Positions 17,880 through 25,285 of a DNA stretch of 30,532 bases are shown piece after piece. Made by a program: the position numbers and the translations under genes. Position 1 is the first letter of the stretch. Every line of letters starts with the position of its first letter. Source of the DNA: a virus (taxonomy: Duplodnaviria > Caudoviricetes); IMG/VR virus record IMGVR_UViG_3300048598_000493, positions 1 through 30,532 of that record, one strand, 5' to 3'. Under the pieces are notes generated by a model. It was not told the origin of the DNA. It did no database searches and saw only the letters and a list, made by a program, of their open reading frames with translations.

Positions 17880-19121
17880 CTAGCGGATCTTGAGCGGTGG
17901 ACGAACTTTTTTTTTTGGGTCAGCGTCAGCCAGACCCATAGGGCCGAGGGGGCTGGCAGGCGCAGGCTTCAGGAAGGTATCTCCTTCGTCCGCAGGCTTG
18001 GGGAGGCCATACCGGGAATAGAGGGCATTCTTTGAAACGGGTATGGCGCGGTCTATGGCGTCGCGGACCATTTCCCATGAGGCGTAATCGTTAAGGTCAA
18101 AGGAGACGACGGGCACGGGCTCGTCTTGGCCATAGTTCAGCTCAACGATCCATGAGAGGTACGTCTGCAGGACTGGCTGGAGATCTCGACATTCAAGTTT
18201 CGAGGTATCAAGGGAGACGCCTTCATGCACCTCTGCCTGGGCGCGCGTACCGTTCTGGGCTTCCTGTACGCCCAGACTTGAACTTACGAGGGCATAGGCG
18301 ATTTGGGTGTCGCAATAGTCGGCCAATACCTTGAACTCGCCCAGAGCCCCTTCCGAGGTGAGGGTTTGAACGCTCTTTATGTTGGCCAGGGCCGCACCGG
18401 ACCCGGATCGAACCGAGGCAAGGAGCCCTGATAATTCTTGGGCCCGCTGCCGGGTTTTTTCCTCATTCTCCGTGGCGTCAAAAAGGGCGAGGATAGAGGG
18501 GACGGCAAACTTCTCGCAGGCCATGAGCCAGAACTCGAGCCCCGCCTTCTTGATCTTCCAAGACCAGTAGCAGGCCTTGAGGGCCGAGGTTCCGTATGGG
18601 TTCTCCGCGTCCTTGTCATGGGAGTACACCAGCCATTTATAGGGTTGGTCGAGCGCGATCGTTTCGCCGTTCCGGATATATTTCGGCAAGCCGTCGGCAT
18701 TAAAATGGAATCGTTCCGGCCGGCGCCGGACGAGTCCGGAAGGTCGCCAGTATCCGTCGTCCTCCTTCCATAGAAGCTCGACGACCGAGAAACCATACTC
18801 AAAAGCCGTAAGGAGCTTCCGCTCCACGTCTTGGAGCGAGACGGACTTGAGGGAATCTTGGCAGAAGGCAAACACGTCATCGCTAGCCGTTCCCTGCTCA
18901 ATGGACGCCGGGAAGTTGAGCACTGCCGCCTTAGCCACACGCACCAAGCTCTTAATCCGCGGATCGATCTGCATCTCGCGGTAGAGGGCAATGGTCTCGG
19001 CATTATCCCGAAGGATCTCGTCGGGGTTGGGAAGGTAGTTCAAAAAGCGCAGGAAGTCATCGACCTGGATGACGCGGGCTTCGAGGACCTGTTTATCCGG
19101 GGTGGGTTCGGGCTGTTTCAT
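17880..19121 (-). CDS. Portal protein (DUF935, Mu gp29-like)
   Basis: PNPDEILR, EYGFSVVELLW, NPYGTSALKACYW, EKFAVP, GTRAQAEVHE motifs; follows the terminase. Confidence 0.93.
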   Translation of the reverse strand: MKQPEPTPDKQVLEARVIQVDDFLRFLNYLPNPDEILRDNAETIALYREMQIDPRIKSLVRVAKAAVLNFPASIEQGTASDDVFAFCQDSLKSVSLQDVERKLLTAFEYGFSVVELLWKEDDGYWRPSGLVRRRPERFHFNADGLPKYIRNGETIALDQPYKWLVYSHDKDAENPYGTSALKACYWSWKIKKAGLEFWLMACEKFAVPSILALFDATENEEKTRQRAQELSGLLASVRSGSGAALANIKSVQTLTSEGALGEFKVLADYCDTQIAYALVSSSLGVQEAQNGTRAQAEVHEGVSLDTSKLECRDLQPVLQTYLSWIVELNYGQDEPVPVVSFDLNDYASWEMVRDAIDRAIPVSKNALYSRYGLPKPADEGDTFLKPAPASPLGPMGLADADPKKKVRPPLKIR

Positions 19122-20674
19122 CTATTAAATCCTTTCAAGACCTGAGCGGTCTTTGAGCGTAGGCCGAATTCCTGGAAAGGGACAACGATGGGCAATGCCT
19201 TCTTGACGCCTCCCTGGGCTTCCTTGAACGCATGCCACAAAGCGTCGGCCTCATCGTCGTAGGCCGACTTGGGGCCGTCCGGGGTAAACATGGAAAGTTG
19301 CTCAACGAGTTCCTTCTGGTCCTTACGGAATCGAATGAATCCGGCCTCGATCAGAGGCGCCATTTCCTTGACGCGTTGAACCTTCGAAAGACCACCAAGC
19401 TTTCTTCCCACAATAGGGAGGTAAATACCGAGCTTGGCAGCCTTCTCCATGAGGTTGTTTTTATAGATACCCTGGAAGGCGACATCCTCAAAGCTGATCG
19501 CCGAATGGAGCCAGACTAGGAAGGTGGATATAATCTTTTCCAGGAATGAGGCTTCATCGAGGCGCTCGCCCCAGGAGTCGAGAACGTACAGCACGCCAGT
19601 ATCGTTATCGCCCAGGGTGTCAAAGGCGCACTTGTCATGAACGCCCGTGGCGGGGTCGATACCGCCAAACTTTTTCATATTGGCGGGGTTGATCTCGGAT
19701 AGCTCATAGTAAACGAACTTCTTGATGATCGCGTCCTCTGAGGAGAGAGGCTCGTTCATGTACTCCGTGGCCCATGCCGCCGATCCCACCTCGTCTTCTT
19801 TCTTCCGGAGCTTCTCATCGGTCCAATAGGCGGGCCACAGCGAATGGCCTTCAGGGGTACTGGCGGCAAAGCGGAAGCCAACCCAGCCCTTGAGCTGGCC
19901 ATCCTCAAGCTCCTTGAGGAGGCGGCAGACGATATCGTCTTCGTGAAAGATCGTGTTGATGAGGATGGGGAATATATCCTTCCCGAGGGGCAGGACGACG
20001 CGCTTAAACCAGCGATAGCGCTTGTCCCGTTGAACTTTGGAGGCGGCAATCTCATCGGTCATAATGTCGTCGCAGATGGCCACGTCCGGCCGATTCGGGC
20101 CGTTCTTGATACCACGGGTCGAGGCGCCCGCGCCACGCGCCACAATGGCCGTCCCGTTAGTGAAGGTGATCTTGTCGGCCTTCCAAATCTTTCCCTTCAT
20201 CTCGCCAAAGTCTTCGGCAAGCCGTTCGTTCTGCTCGACCTCGTCCTTAATTGACTGAAGGTTTTCCTGGGCTTGGCGCTGGGAAGAGGCAAAAAGGATG
20301 GGAAAGTTCCGCTTCTTATAGAAGGTAACCCACACGGGGAAGGCCAAAGAGAAACGGGTTGATTTCGAGAATCCACGCGGTTCCACGTCGATGATGCCCG
20401 CGAGGCGCTCCGTGGGGTTCATATACGAATGGTACTTATCCTTGATGAGGGGCTTCAGACTCTCGATCTGACGATCGTTTAGGGCCCCGGAGGAAACCAC
20501 GTCCATGAGGATGCGGTGATAGGCGGCCGGCTCCGATCCGAAGTAGTGGGGAAAATAGGTTTTGCAGAAAAGGAAGAAGTCCCGTTCGCAGGCGTCCTTG
20601 CGGTTCTTCCGCTCTATGGACAGCGAGTACTCGTCTCGACTTCCAGCTATCTCCTCCAGGATCGTCTTGGCCAT
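19118..20674 (-). CDS. Terminase large subunit
   Basis: Walker A-like PRGFSKST, Walker B VAICDDI, nuclease motifs GGIDPA and DDEADAL. Confidence 0.93.
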   Translation of the reverse strand: MAKTILEEIAGSRDEYSLSIERKNRKDACERDFFLFCKTYFPHYFGSEPAAYHRILMDVVSSGALNDRQIESLKPLIKDKYHSYMNPTERLAGIIDVEPRGFSKSTRFSLAFPVWVTFYKKRNFPILFASSQRQAQENLQSIKDEVEQNERLAEDFGEMKGKIWKADKITFTNGTAIVARGAGASTRGIKNGPNRPDVAICDDIMTDEIAASKVQRDKRYRWFKRVVLPLGKDIFPILINTIFHEDDIVCRLLKELEDGQLKGWVGFRFAASTPEGHSLWPAYWTDEKLRKKEDEVGSAAWATEYMNEPLSSEDAIIKKFVYYELSEINPANMKKFGGIDPATGVHDKCAFDTLGDNDTGVLYVLDSWGERLDEASFLEKIISTFLVWLHSAISFEDVAFQGIYKNNLMEKAAKLGIYLPIVGRKLGGLSKVQRVKEMAPLIEAGFIRFRKDQKELVEQLSMFTPDGPKSAYDDEADALWHAFKEAQGGVKKALPIVVPFQEFGLRSKTAQVLKGFNR

Positions 20675-21195
20675 CAGTCTTTCGCCTCCAGCGATCCAAC
20701 GATGAGGGTCAGGCGCTCAAGTAGGTCTGGGTGGCTTTTTAACTCGTCATTAAGGGACGCTAAAATGGCTTTTTTGGCTTGGTCAAATCCCTTTTGATAG
20801 GTGAGCCGGAGCTTCGCAATCTGGGTTTGAGCCTGGGCCATACGGTTCACGGCCGCCACCACCTCGCCCGGGTCTTTGAAATCAAAGTCCTGGATGCTCT
20901 TTATGTATGAGAAGAGATGCTGGGTGAGGATGGCCGTGGTGGCCTCGATAACGTCGGTATTCGGATTTTCCCGGACGGTGTCGATAAGGACTTTGGTTTC
21001 GCACAGCGCGGCCTGATACTGAGAGGCGACCTCGCGGGAGTCTTTCACGACGCGTCGCACGGCTTCCCGTGAGACGTCGAAGTCTTCGCTCCTAAGGATC
21101 TGTTCTATTTCCTCCAGCGTCTTATGCTCGGAATTATAAAGATGAATCACCCGCTCGGAAAGTCCCAGCAGGTCAATCTTCGATCGGCGTCCCAT
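20674..21195 (-). CDS. Terminase small subunit-like protein (DUF3486, Mu gp27)
   Basis: MGRRSKIDLL start, HTH-like TLEEIEQIL...VSREAVRR, immediately upstream of terminase large subunit. Confidence 0.85.
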   Translation of the reverse strand: MGRRSKIDLLGLSERVIHLYNSEHKTLEEIEQILRSEDFDVSREAVRRVVKDSREVASQYQAALCETKVLIDTVRENPNTDVIEATTAILTQHLFSYIKSIQDFDFKDPGEVVAAVNRMAQAQTQIAKLRLTYQKGFDQAKKAILASLNDELKSHPDLLERLTLIVGSLEAKD

Positions 21196-21197
21196 GG

Positions 21198-21500
21198 TTA
21201 AGCCCCCTCGTCAGGGATGACGGATACGCCAGGGTCGGTTATCGTCCCGTCGTAGAGATCAATTCCAACTGGGGTGATTCGATAGATGGCGATCTTCTCG
21301 GCCCGACGGCAGGGGTGCGGCAATTCTTTCTTGGACAAATAACCCTTGTCGGTCAAATAGAGGAGCGCTTGGACGATGTCTTCAGTACGGTAGTACTCAT
21401 AGTACGTGGCCGTAACCGTGCGCCCATCAGCGCCTTCGGGGTAAAGAAACTTGAGGAATTCCAGGATCTTGCCCCGGAGGATGATCGGCTTTTGGTTCAT
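21198..21500 (-). CDS. Mu gp26-like winged-helix protein
   Basis: ILRGKILEFL...LLYLTDKGYL...RITPVGIDLYDG...PGV, in the gp26 position. Confidence 0.7.
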   Translation of the reverse strand: MNQKPIILRGKILEFLKFLYPEGADGRTVTATYYEYYRTEDIVQALLYLTDKGYLSKKELPHPCRRAEKIAIYRITPVGIDLYDGTITDPGVSVIPDEGA

Positions 21501-21501
21501 G

Positions 21502-21873
21502 TCATTTTCCTTTCATGTTATCAATAAGAAGGTTACGAAGCTCCGATATCTCTGTTCTCCATCCAGCAATACCTTTCCAATATTCTTCCCGGGGAAGATA
21601 TTCCCGTTGGACATCTGCTATGCGCAGAGAAAGGTCTTGGATGTCATCCTCATGCTTTTCTAGCCGTTCGTTTGTCTTTTTTTCCGAGGCCTCGATCTTG
21701 GTAGTGACGAAGGCCTTGAGTTCTTCAGCCCGCTTTGCGTCCTCATCGCTATTGGTCTTTACCGCCTTGCCGACCTCGTCCATCTTCTTGACGAGCCAGC
21801 CAACAAGTCCGGACAGGACCAAGAGCGTCGGGGCGGGGCCATAGGTTAAGAGCGCGTTGATGAAGGCGGTCAT
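21502..21873 (-). CDS. Mu gp25-like membrane-anchored coiled-coil protein
   Basis: N-terminal TM segment, coiled coil, REYLPREEY motif, position after the lysis genes. Confidence 0.65.
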   Translation of the reverse strand: MTAFINALLTYGPAPTLLVLSGLVGWLVKKMDEVGKAVKTNSDEDAKRAEELKAFVTTKIEASEKKTNERLEKHEDDIQDLSLRIADVQREYLPREEYWKGIAGWRTEISELRNLLIDNMKGK

Positions 21874-22406
21874 TTTGCGCTCGCTTTCACGGTCTCAATT
21901 AACGCCCAGATGGTGGCCGCCACGGCAACGCCGCCTGCGCCCCAGGCGACAATTTCAGCGCGGCGTTGCTTCTGCGCTGCCTGGTTCAGGGCTTGGTTCA
22001 CAGCGTCTATCGAGCTCTGCCAAGATTCTTCCGAGTTCCCCACCAAGGCGTTGATTGTCTGAAGCGCGGCTTGCGCTTGCTTCACTTCGCTCGCTGAGGT
22101 CTCCGCCTCGGTCGAGCGCCGCGCCAACTCGTCCCGCAAGGCCTTCAACTCGGCTGGCGTCGTCTGCAAGCCCTGTAGCAAGGCTTTGATCTCGCTTTTC
22201 AACTCCGCTGAGTCCTTCGCTTGTGCTTCCAATCCCGGTTCGAGCTGCGTCCAGATTTCCAATGCCCTGTGAGCTAGTTCGGCCGTAGTCCACTCCGACA
22301 GCGGTTTGGGAGATTCTTCGGCTATGGCCGACGGCGCACCCGCCAATAAAAGAGCCAAGGCAAAGCACCAGGGTACTAGCCGATATAAAGATGATCTTTT
22401 GCGCAT
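21870..22406 (-). CDS. Spanin-like coiled-coil protein with signal peptide and C-terminal TM anchor
   Basis: Signal ...LLLAGAPSAIA|EE, long heptad region, C-terminal IVAWGAGGVAVAATIWALI; stop is ATGA-coupled to the next gene. Confidence 0.7.
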   Translation of the reverse strand: MRKRSSLYRLVPWCFALALLLAGAPSAIAEESPKPLSEWTTAELAHRALEIWTQLEPGLEAQAKDSAELKSEIKALLQGLQTTPAELKALRDELARRSTEAETSASEVKQAQAALQTINALVGNSEESWQSSIDAVNQALNQAAQKQRRAEIVAWGAGGVAVAATIWALIETVKASAK

Positions 22407-22410
22407 TCAT
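21955..22410 (-). CDS. Overlapping spanin-like membrane protein or lipoprotein
   Basis: ATG overlaps the holin stop (ATGA); hydrophobic N-terminus ending FIGG-C25 (lipobox-like); 151 codons open in an alternate frame; helical C-terminus. Confidence 0.6.
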   Translation of the reverse strand: MNAQKIIFISASTLVLCLGSFIGGCAVGHSRRISQTAVGVDYGRTSSQGIGNLDAARTGIGSTSEGLSGVEKRDQSLATGLADDASRVEGLAGRVGAALDRGGDLSERSEASASRASDNQRLGGELGRILAELDRRCEPSPEPGSAEATPR

Positions 22411-22679
22411 TTTCCCTCCGTGGGCTGCTCGGTGGGAGCCGAAGCTGGGCCCGTATCACCAGCGGATTCATCCAATTCAGAGCGGTAATACTTGGACCGC
22501 TGCCAGTTATCGGCGACGTTAGCCGCCTGATATATGCCGCCAGCCGCCGCGATCATGACAACGATCATCGAGCCAATGGTATCGAGGCTTCCAGGCGCCT
22601 TGAATGCCGTAAAGGCAAAGAGCCCGAGGAGCGCGGCGAAGGAGGCCCAGAAGGCCGTTGATTTCTTAGTTTTGGTCAT
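22407..22679 (-). CDS. Putative holin
   Basis: Two TM segments, basic N-terminus, ATGA-coupled to the endolysin stop with GAGGT RBS (start MTKTKK at 22679). Confidence 0.65.
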   Translation of the reverse strand: MTKTKKSTAFWASFAALLGLFAFTAFKAPGSLDTIGSMIVVMIAAAGGIYQAANVADNWQRSKYYRSELDESAGDTGPASAPTEQPTEGK

Positions 22680-23299
22680 TTGAACCTCTTTATTTGAATC
22701 CCAGTGGCGCGCCAGACGGTTAGCCAATCCTTGAGCGAATATCGATTATTCCATCCGGTCTTATTGAAGTCGTAGACTCCGGAGGTACGATCGCCATAGG
22801 GGTCATCGATAATGATGGTGGTCACCTTTAACAGGTCGAGATCCTGGGCGGATACGATGCTCTCCTGGGAAGTCTCGAAGCCGACCAAGGAAACAATGTG
22901 GCCGGCTGGGGTGAGAAAGGTACTGGCCGCAAAGGGCACGCCTTGAACGAGGCCGAAGAGGGCTTCTTTAAGGTCCCAGTCCCACCGGGGGCCGATGCAG
23001 GGGTTTTGATTGGGGTAGAGCTTCTGATTCAACGCCCAAACGATTACTGGCCATAGTTCATTAGGCGGGGTATTGGCCTGATCGGGGCATAAGCGGTTCC
23101 GCGCCGCGCGGCCCTCGCCCGATCGGCATAGGTCTGTAAGATTGTCCTCAGGCTGGGCCCACTTGCCCTTGGGGAGCGGCCAGCCCGCGATATCCAGGCA
23201 TTGCACCGTGGCCGTAGGTTTACACGATACCCCCGGGGCGAGCGCATTATTGCGTTGGGAGTAATAGCGGTTTTTGTTGGGGGATAGATTAACAATCAT
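22676..23299 (-). CDS. C39-like cysteine peptidase, probable endolysin
   Basis: YYSQRNN...SCKPT (Gln/Cys), GHIVSLVGF (His), IIDDPYG (Asp); first gene of the lysis block. Confidence 0.8.
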   Translation of the reverse strand: MIVNLSPNKNRYYSQRNNALAPGVSCKPTATVQCLDIAGWPLPKGKWAQPEDNLTDLCRSGEGRAARNRLCPDQANTPPNELWPVIVWALNQKLYPNQNPCIGPRWDWDLKEALFGLVQGVPFAASTFLTPAGHIVSLVGFETSQESIVSAQDLDLLKVTTIIIDDPYGDRTSGVYDFNKTGWNNRYSLKDWLTVWRATGIQIKRFK

Positions 23300-23313
23300 C
23301 TCGCGTACCTCAT

Positions 23314-23358
23314 GGCTTGAGGATACGCCGGACGGATTTTATTTACTCAAAAGTGGGG
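23314..23358 (-). promoter_or_regulatory. Candidate activator-dependent late promoter for the lysis genes
   Basis: CCCCACTTTTGAG-N20-TATCCT-N6-ATG, matching 13971-14015. Confidence 0.6.
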
Positions 23359-23363
23359 ATATG

Positions 23364-23388
23364 AAAAAGCCCCGGAATGCTCCGGGGC
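23364..23388 (-). terminator. Intrinsic terminator ending the early/middle operon
   Basis: GCCCCGGA-GCAT-TCCGGGGC followed by TTTTT on the - strand. Confidence 0.85.
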
Positions 23389-23417
23389 GAGAGATAAACT
23401 AAATATCATGCATGCTT

Positions 23418-23732
23418 TTACGCATTCGATATGCTGAGTATTTCGGCAGATATCAACATGCATCTCAGCCATTCATCACCTTCATCTTCATCATCGACGC
23501 AGTCGAGATCTTCTCTTTCACCTTTTTTCATAATGATTCGGGCATTCCCTCTGATGTCAGTATCAAGCGAATCGAAAGCTACACATACCGCTGCGTCTAT
23601 TACATCAAAACCAGTTAAATTACTGTTTACGATCACATCGATTGCTTTTCGATATTCCCACAAACCAAAAACAAGATGGACAGTTTGTTTTGCGGTTCGT
23701 CCGCAAGCTATCATATTTGGGTCGTAGTTCAT
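23418..23732 (-). CDS. Hypothetical phage protein (possibly DUF5406-like)
   Basis: Start MNYDPN at 23732, ATGA-coupled to the upstream gene, GGAGG RBS; acidic C-terminus. Family call is from memory of the motif only. Confidence 0.65.
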   Translation of the reverse strand: MNYDPNMIACGRTAKQTVHLVFGLWEYRKAIDVIVNSNLTGFDVIDAAVCVAFDSLDTDIRGNARIIMKKGEREDLDCVDDEDEGDEWLRCMLISAEILSISNA

Positions 23733-23968
23733 TTTGAAAAAGCCTCCGGATATTTTTCTCCACAGAAGGGGCAAAACGAAGGGCGCATCCACATCATTTT
23801 CGGTTTTCCATGAGTTCCATCTCTCTTTTTCGGTCGATAACAGATCGATAGCCTCGGGTATTCTACAAACCTTCCATTTTCAGGAGAAAGAGTGGTTTGA
23901 AGTTCGGCTTCCTCATCTTGAAGATCTTCTTTGATTTTCTCATTAACGATTTCCAGACACTTGCACAT
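23729..23968 (-). CDS. Small Cys-rich (zinc-binding) phage protein
   Basis: MCKC...FCPFCGEKY, AAGGAGG RBS. Confidence 0.75.
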   Translation of the reverse strand: MCKCLEIVNEKIKEDLQDEEAELQTTLSPENGRFVEYPRLSICYRPKKRDGTHGKPKMMWMRPSFCPFCGEKYPEAFSK

Positions 23969-23979
23969 TATTTCCCTCC

Positions 23980-24132
23980 TTATTTCATATCCGCTTCAAT
24001 CTGAAGCATGATAGCCAAGAACTCTTCGCTCATCTGCCGAGACTCTTCCGATCTGGAACGATCGGTTTCGACGCTTTTCATCGCATTTTTCAATGAATCC
24101 CAGCACTCAGCTTTCTTCTCAATAGTGATCAT
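23980..24132 (-). CDS. Small hypothetical protein (50 aa, absent from the ORF track)
   Basis: MITIEKKAECWDSLKNAMKSVETDRSRSEESRQMSEEFLAIMLQIEADMK; AAAGGA RBS; fills the gap in the operon. Confidence 0.65.
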   Translation of the reverse strand: MITIEKKAECWDSLKNAMKSVETDRSRSEESRQMSEEFLAIMLQIEADMK

Positions 24133-24144
24133 TTTGAATCCTTT

Positions 24145-24528
24145 TTACGCCGCGTTAAAATCAAGGCCGAATTGGGTCACCAGTTCGACCTTCTTGAGAG
24201 ATACTTTCTTAGGCTGGCGCGGGGGATGTTCCACCGTCCGTCCAGGACATACCCGTCGAGGCGCCCGTCCTTCAGTTCCCGCTTCACCGTCTTGATCGAG
24301 ATCGTCAAAAAGGTCGCCACTTCGCGCGGGGTGAGAATTGAGTCGAGCTTTAACAGCTCTTTCTCGGTTTCTTCTGTCAGCATAGGCCCTCACGGAATCC
24401 TCGTCGAATCTCCATATCCAGCGGATATGGACCCCGTATAGCTCCCCCATGCGGTTTAGGTAGTAGACATGCTGGGGGTCTTCTTCCAAGATGGCCGCGG
24501 CCTCTTGTACTGATAGGCCAAAGCTCAT
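24145..24528 (-). CDS. Excisionase/MerR-like HTH (HTH_17-type) protein with long C-terminal tail
   Basis: LSVQEAAAILEEDPQHVYYLNRMGELYGVHIRWIWRFDEDSVRAY; ATG at 24528 is ATGA-coupled with GGAAGG upstream. Confidence 0.75.
   Translation of the reverse strand: MSFGLSVQEAAAILEEDPQHVYYLNRMGELYGVHIRWIWRFDEDSVRAYADRRNRERAVKARLNSHPARSGDLFDDLDQDGEAGTEGRAPRRVCPGRTVEHPPRQPKKVSLKKVELVTQFGLDFNAA
24177..24383 (-). CDS. Second excisionase-like HTH_17 protein, nested in the previous gene
   Basis: LTPREVATFLTISIKTVKRELKDGRLDGYVLDGRWNIPRASLRKYL is a typical Xis-type HTH; GAGG RBS. Confidence 0.8.
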   Translation of the reverse strand: MLTEETEKELLKLDSILTPREVATFLTISIKTVKRELKDGRLDGYVLDGRWNIPRASLRKYLSRRSNW

Positions 24529-24722
24529 TTGGGGCCGCCTTCCATAGTCTTGCAAACAGGGCAACGCCAGCGCCCATGGCCATCGGTAAAGAGTTCATGA
24601 TGGCAGGTATGGCACCTAACGCAGGTCCTGAAGTAGCCGCCCATGGGGTCGGATGCGTCAAACTGCGGCAGGAAATTCCGCAACGATGAGACAATTTTTT
24701 GAGAATCAACTGATCGTATCAT
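24525..24722 (-). CDS. Small zinc-ribbon hypothetical protein
   Basis: CHTC...CPVC, ATGA-coupled on both sides. Confidence 0.7.
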   Translation of the reverse strand: MIRSVDSQKIVSSLRNFLPQFDASDPMGGYFRTCVRCHTCHHELFTDGHGRWRCPVCKTMEGGPK

Positions 24723-25177
24723 TTCGTCGGTCCTTCCGGGTCAAAGCCCGCTTTTTGGCAGATATCTTTTAACGCCATAATCATGGCATTAGCGCCCTTT
24801 CTATCCAGGAAACGAAACTCGGAAACATGACCAACGCGAAGGAGAAGCGCCTTGAGGCTTCGTTCGTCACGGTTCTTGCTGGCCAATTCCCAAAGCCCCT
24901 TGATGTAGTAAATCTGGCGATCCGTCGCACGGGTCAGGCCATTGCCTAGATCAAGAGGCTGGACCGGGAGCCGCTTAAGCCCTGGCTTCCGGGTAAACCC
25001 CAAGTTTTTGAATGCCAGCATCACGGCGTCAAATTGATCGATGGTAGCGATATCCCGAGAACTATCGACCCCGGCCGCCCCGGCGATGAGCGCCCGATAG
25101 GCGGTGTCATCCAGGCCAGTTTCCTTTTTGGCCAGATGGATTAACGCGAGCTTTTCCTTTCTATTCGCCAGTTCCAT
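24719..25177 (-). CDS. gemA: GemA/DUF1018 family regulatory protein (Mu gp16-like)
   Basis: LALIHLAKKETGLDDTAYRALI...GVDSS, QIYYIKGLWE, FLDRKGANAMIMALK. Confidence 0.88.
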   Translation of the reverse strand: MELANRKEKLALIHLAKKETGLDDTAYRALIAGAAGVDSSRDIATIDQFDAVMLAFKNLGFTRKPGLKRLPVQPLDLGNGLTRATDRQIYYIKGLWELASKNRDERSLKALLLRVGHVSEFRFLDRKGANAMIMALKDICQKAGFDPEGPTK

Positions 25178-25192
25178 CTCAATCTCCTCAAA

Positions 25193-25261
25193 TGGGGAAG
25201 AAGGGAGTCGAACCCCTGCCGCTCAATATCACATCGTAAGCGGAGCCATGCTTGCTTCCCC
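25193..25261 (-). ncRNA. tRNA-like element (intact acceptor stem and T arm, non-canonical D and anticodon arms)
   Basis: GGGGAAG CAAGCATGGCT CCGCTTA CGATGTGATAT TGAGCGG C AGGGG TTCGACT CCCTT CTTCCCC A (69 nt). Confidence 0.7.
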
Positions 25262-25267
25262 AGAAAT

Positions 25268-25285
25268 CCCCGCCCGAAGGCGGGG
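25268..25285 (-). other. Ultra-stable C(UUCG)G hairpin upstream of the tRNA-like element
   Basis: CCCCGCC-TTCG-GGCGGGG followed by ATTTCT. Confidence 0.65.

Noticed and set aside
18377-19003. 208-aa alternate-frame ORF in the portal gene, and similar ones at 12943..13344, 24377..24709, 25413..25970 and 30064..30510
   Set aside because: Low-complexity Arg/Ser/Pro-rich or antisense shadows of real genes, with no motifs or translational coupling, unlike the two accepted overlaps.
25193-25261. Canonical tRNA gene, tmRNA or integration att site
   Set aside because: The D arm is vestigial and the anticodon arm is non-canonical; there is no G3-U70 pair or tag ORF; Mu-like phages integrate by transposition and the element lies mid-operon.
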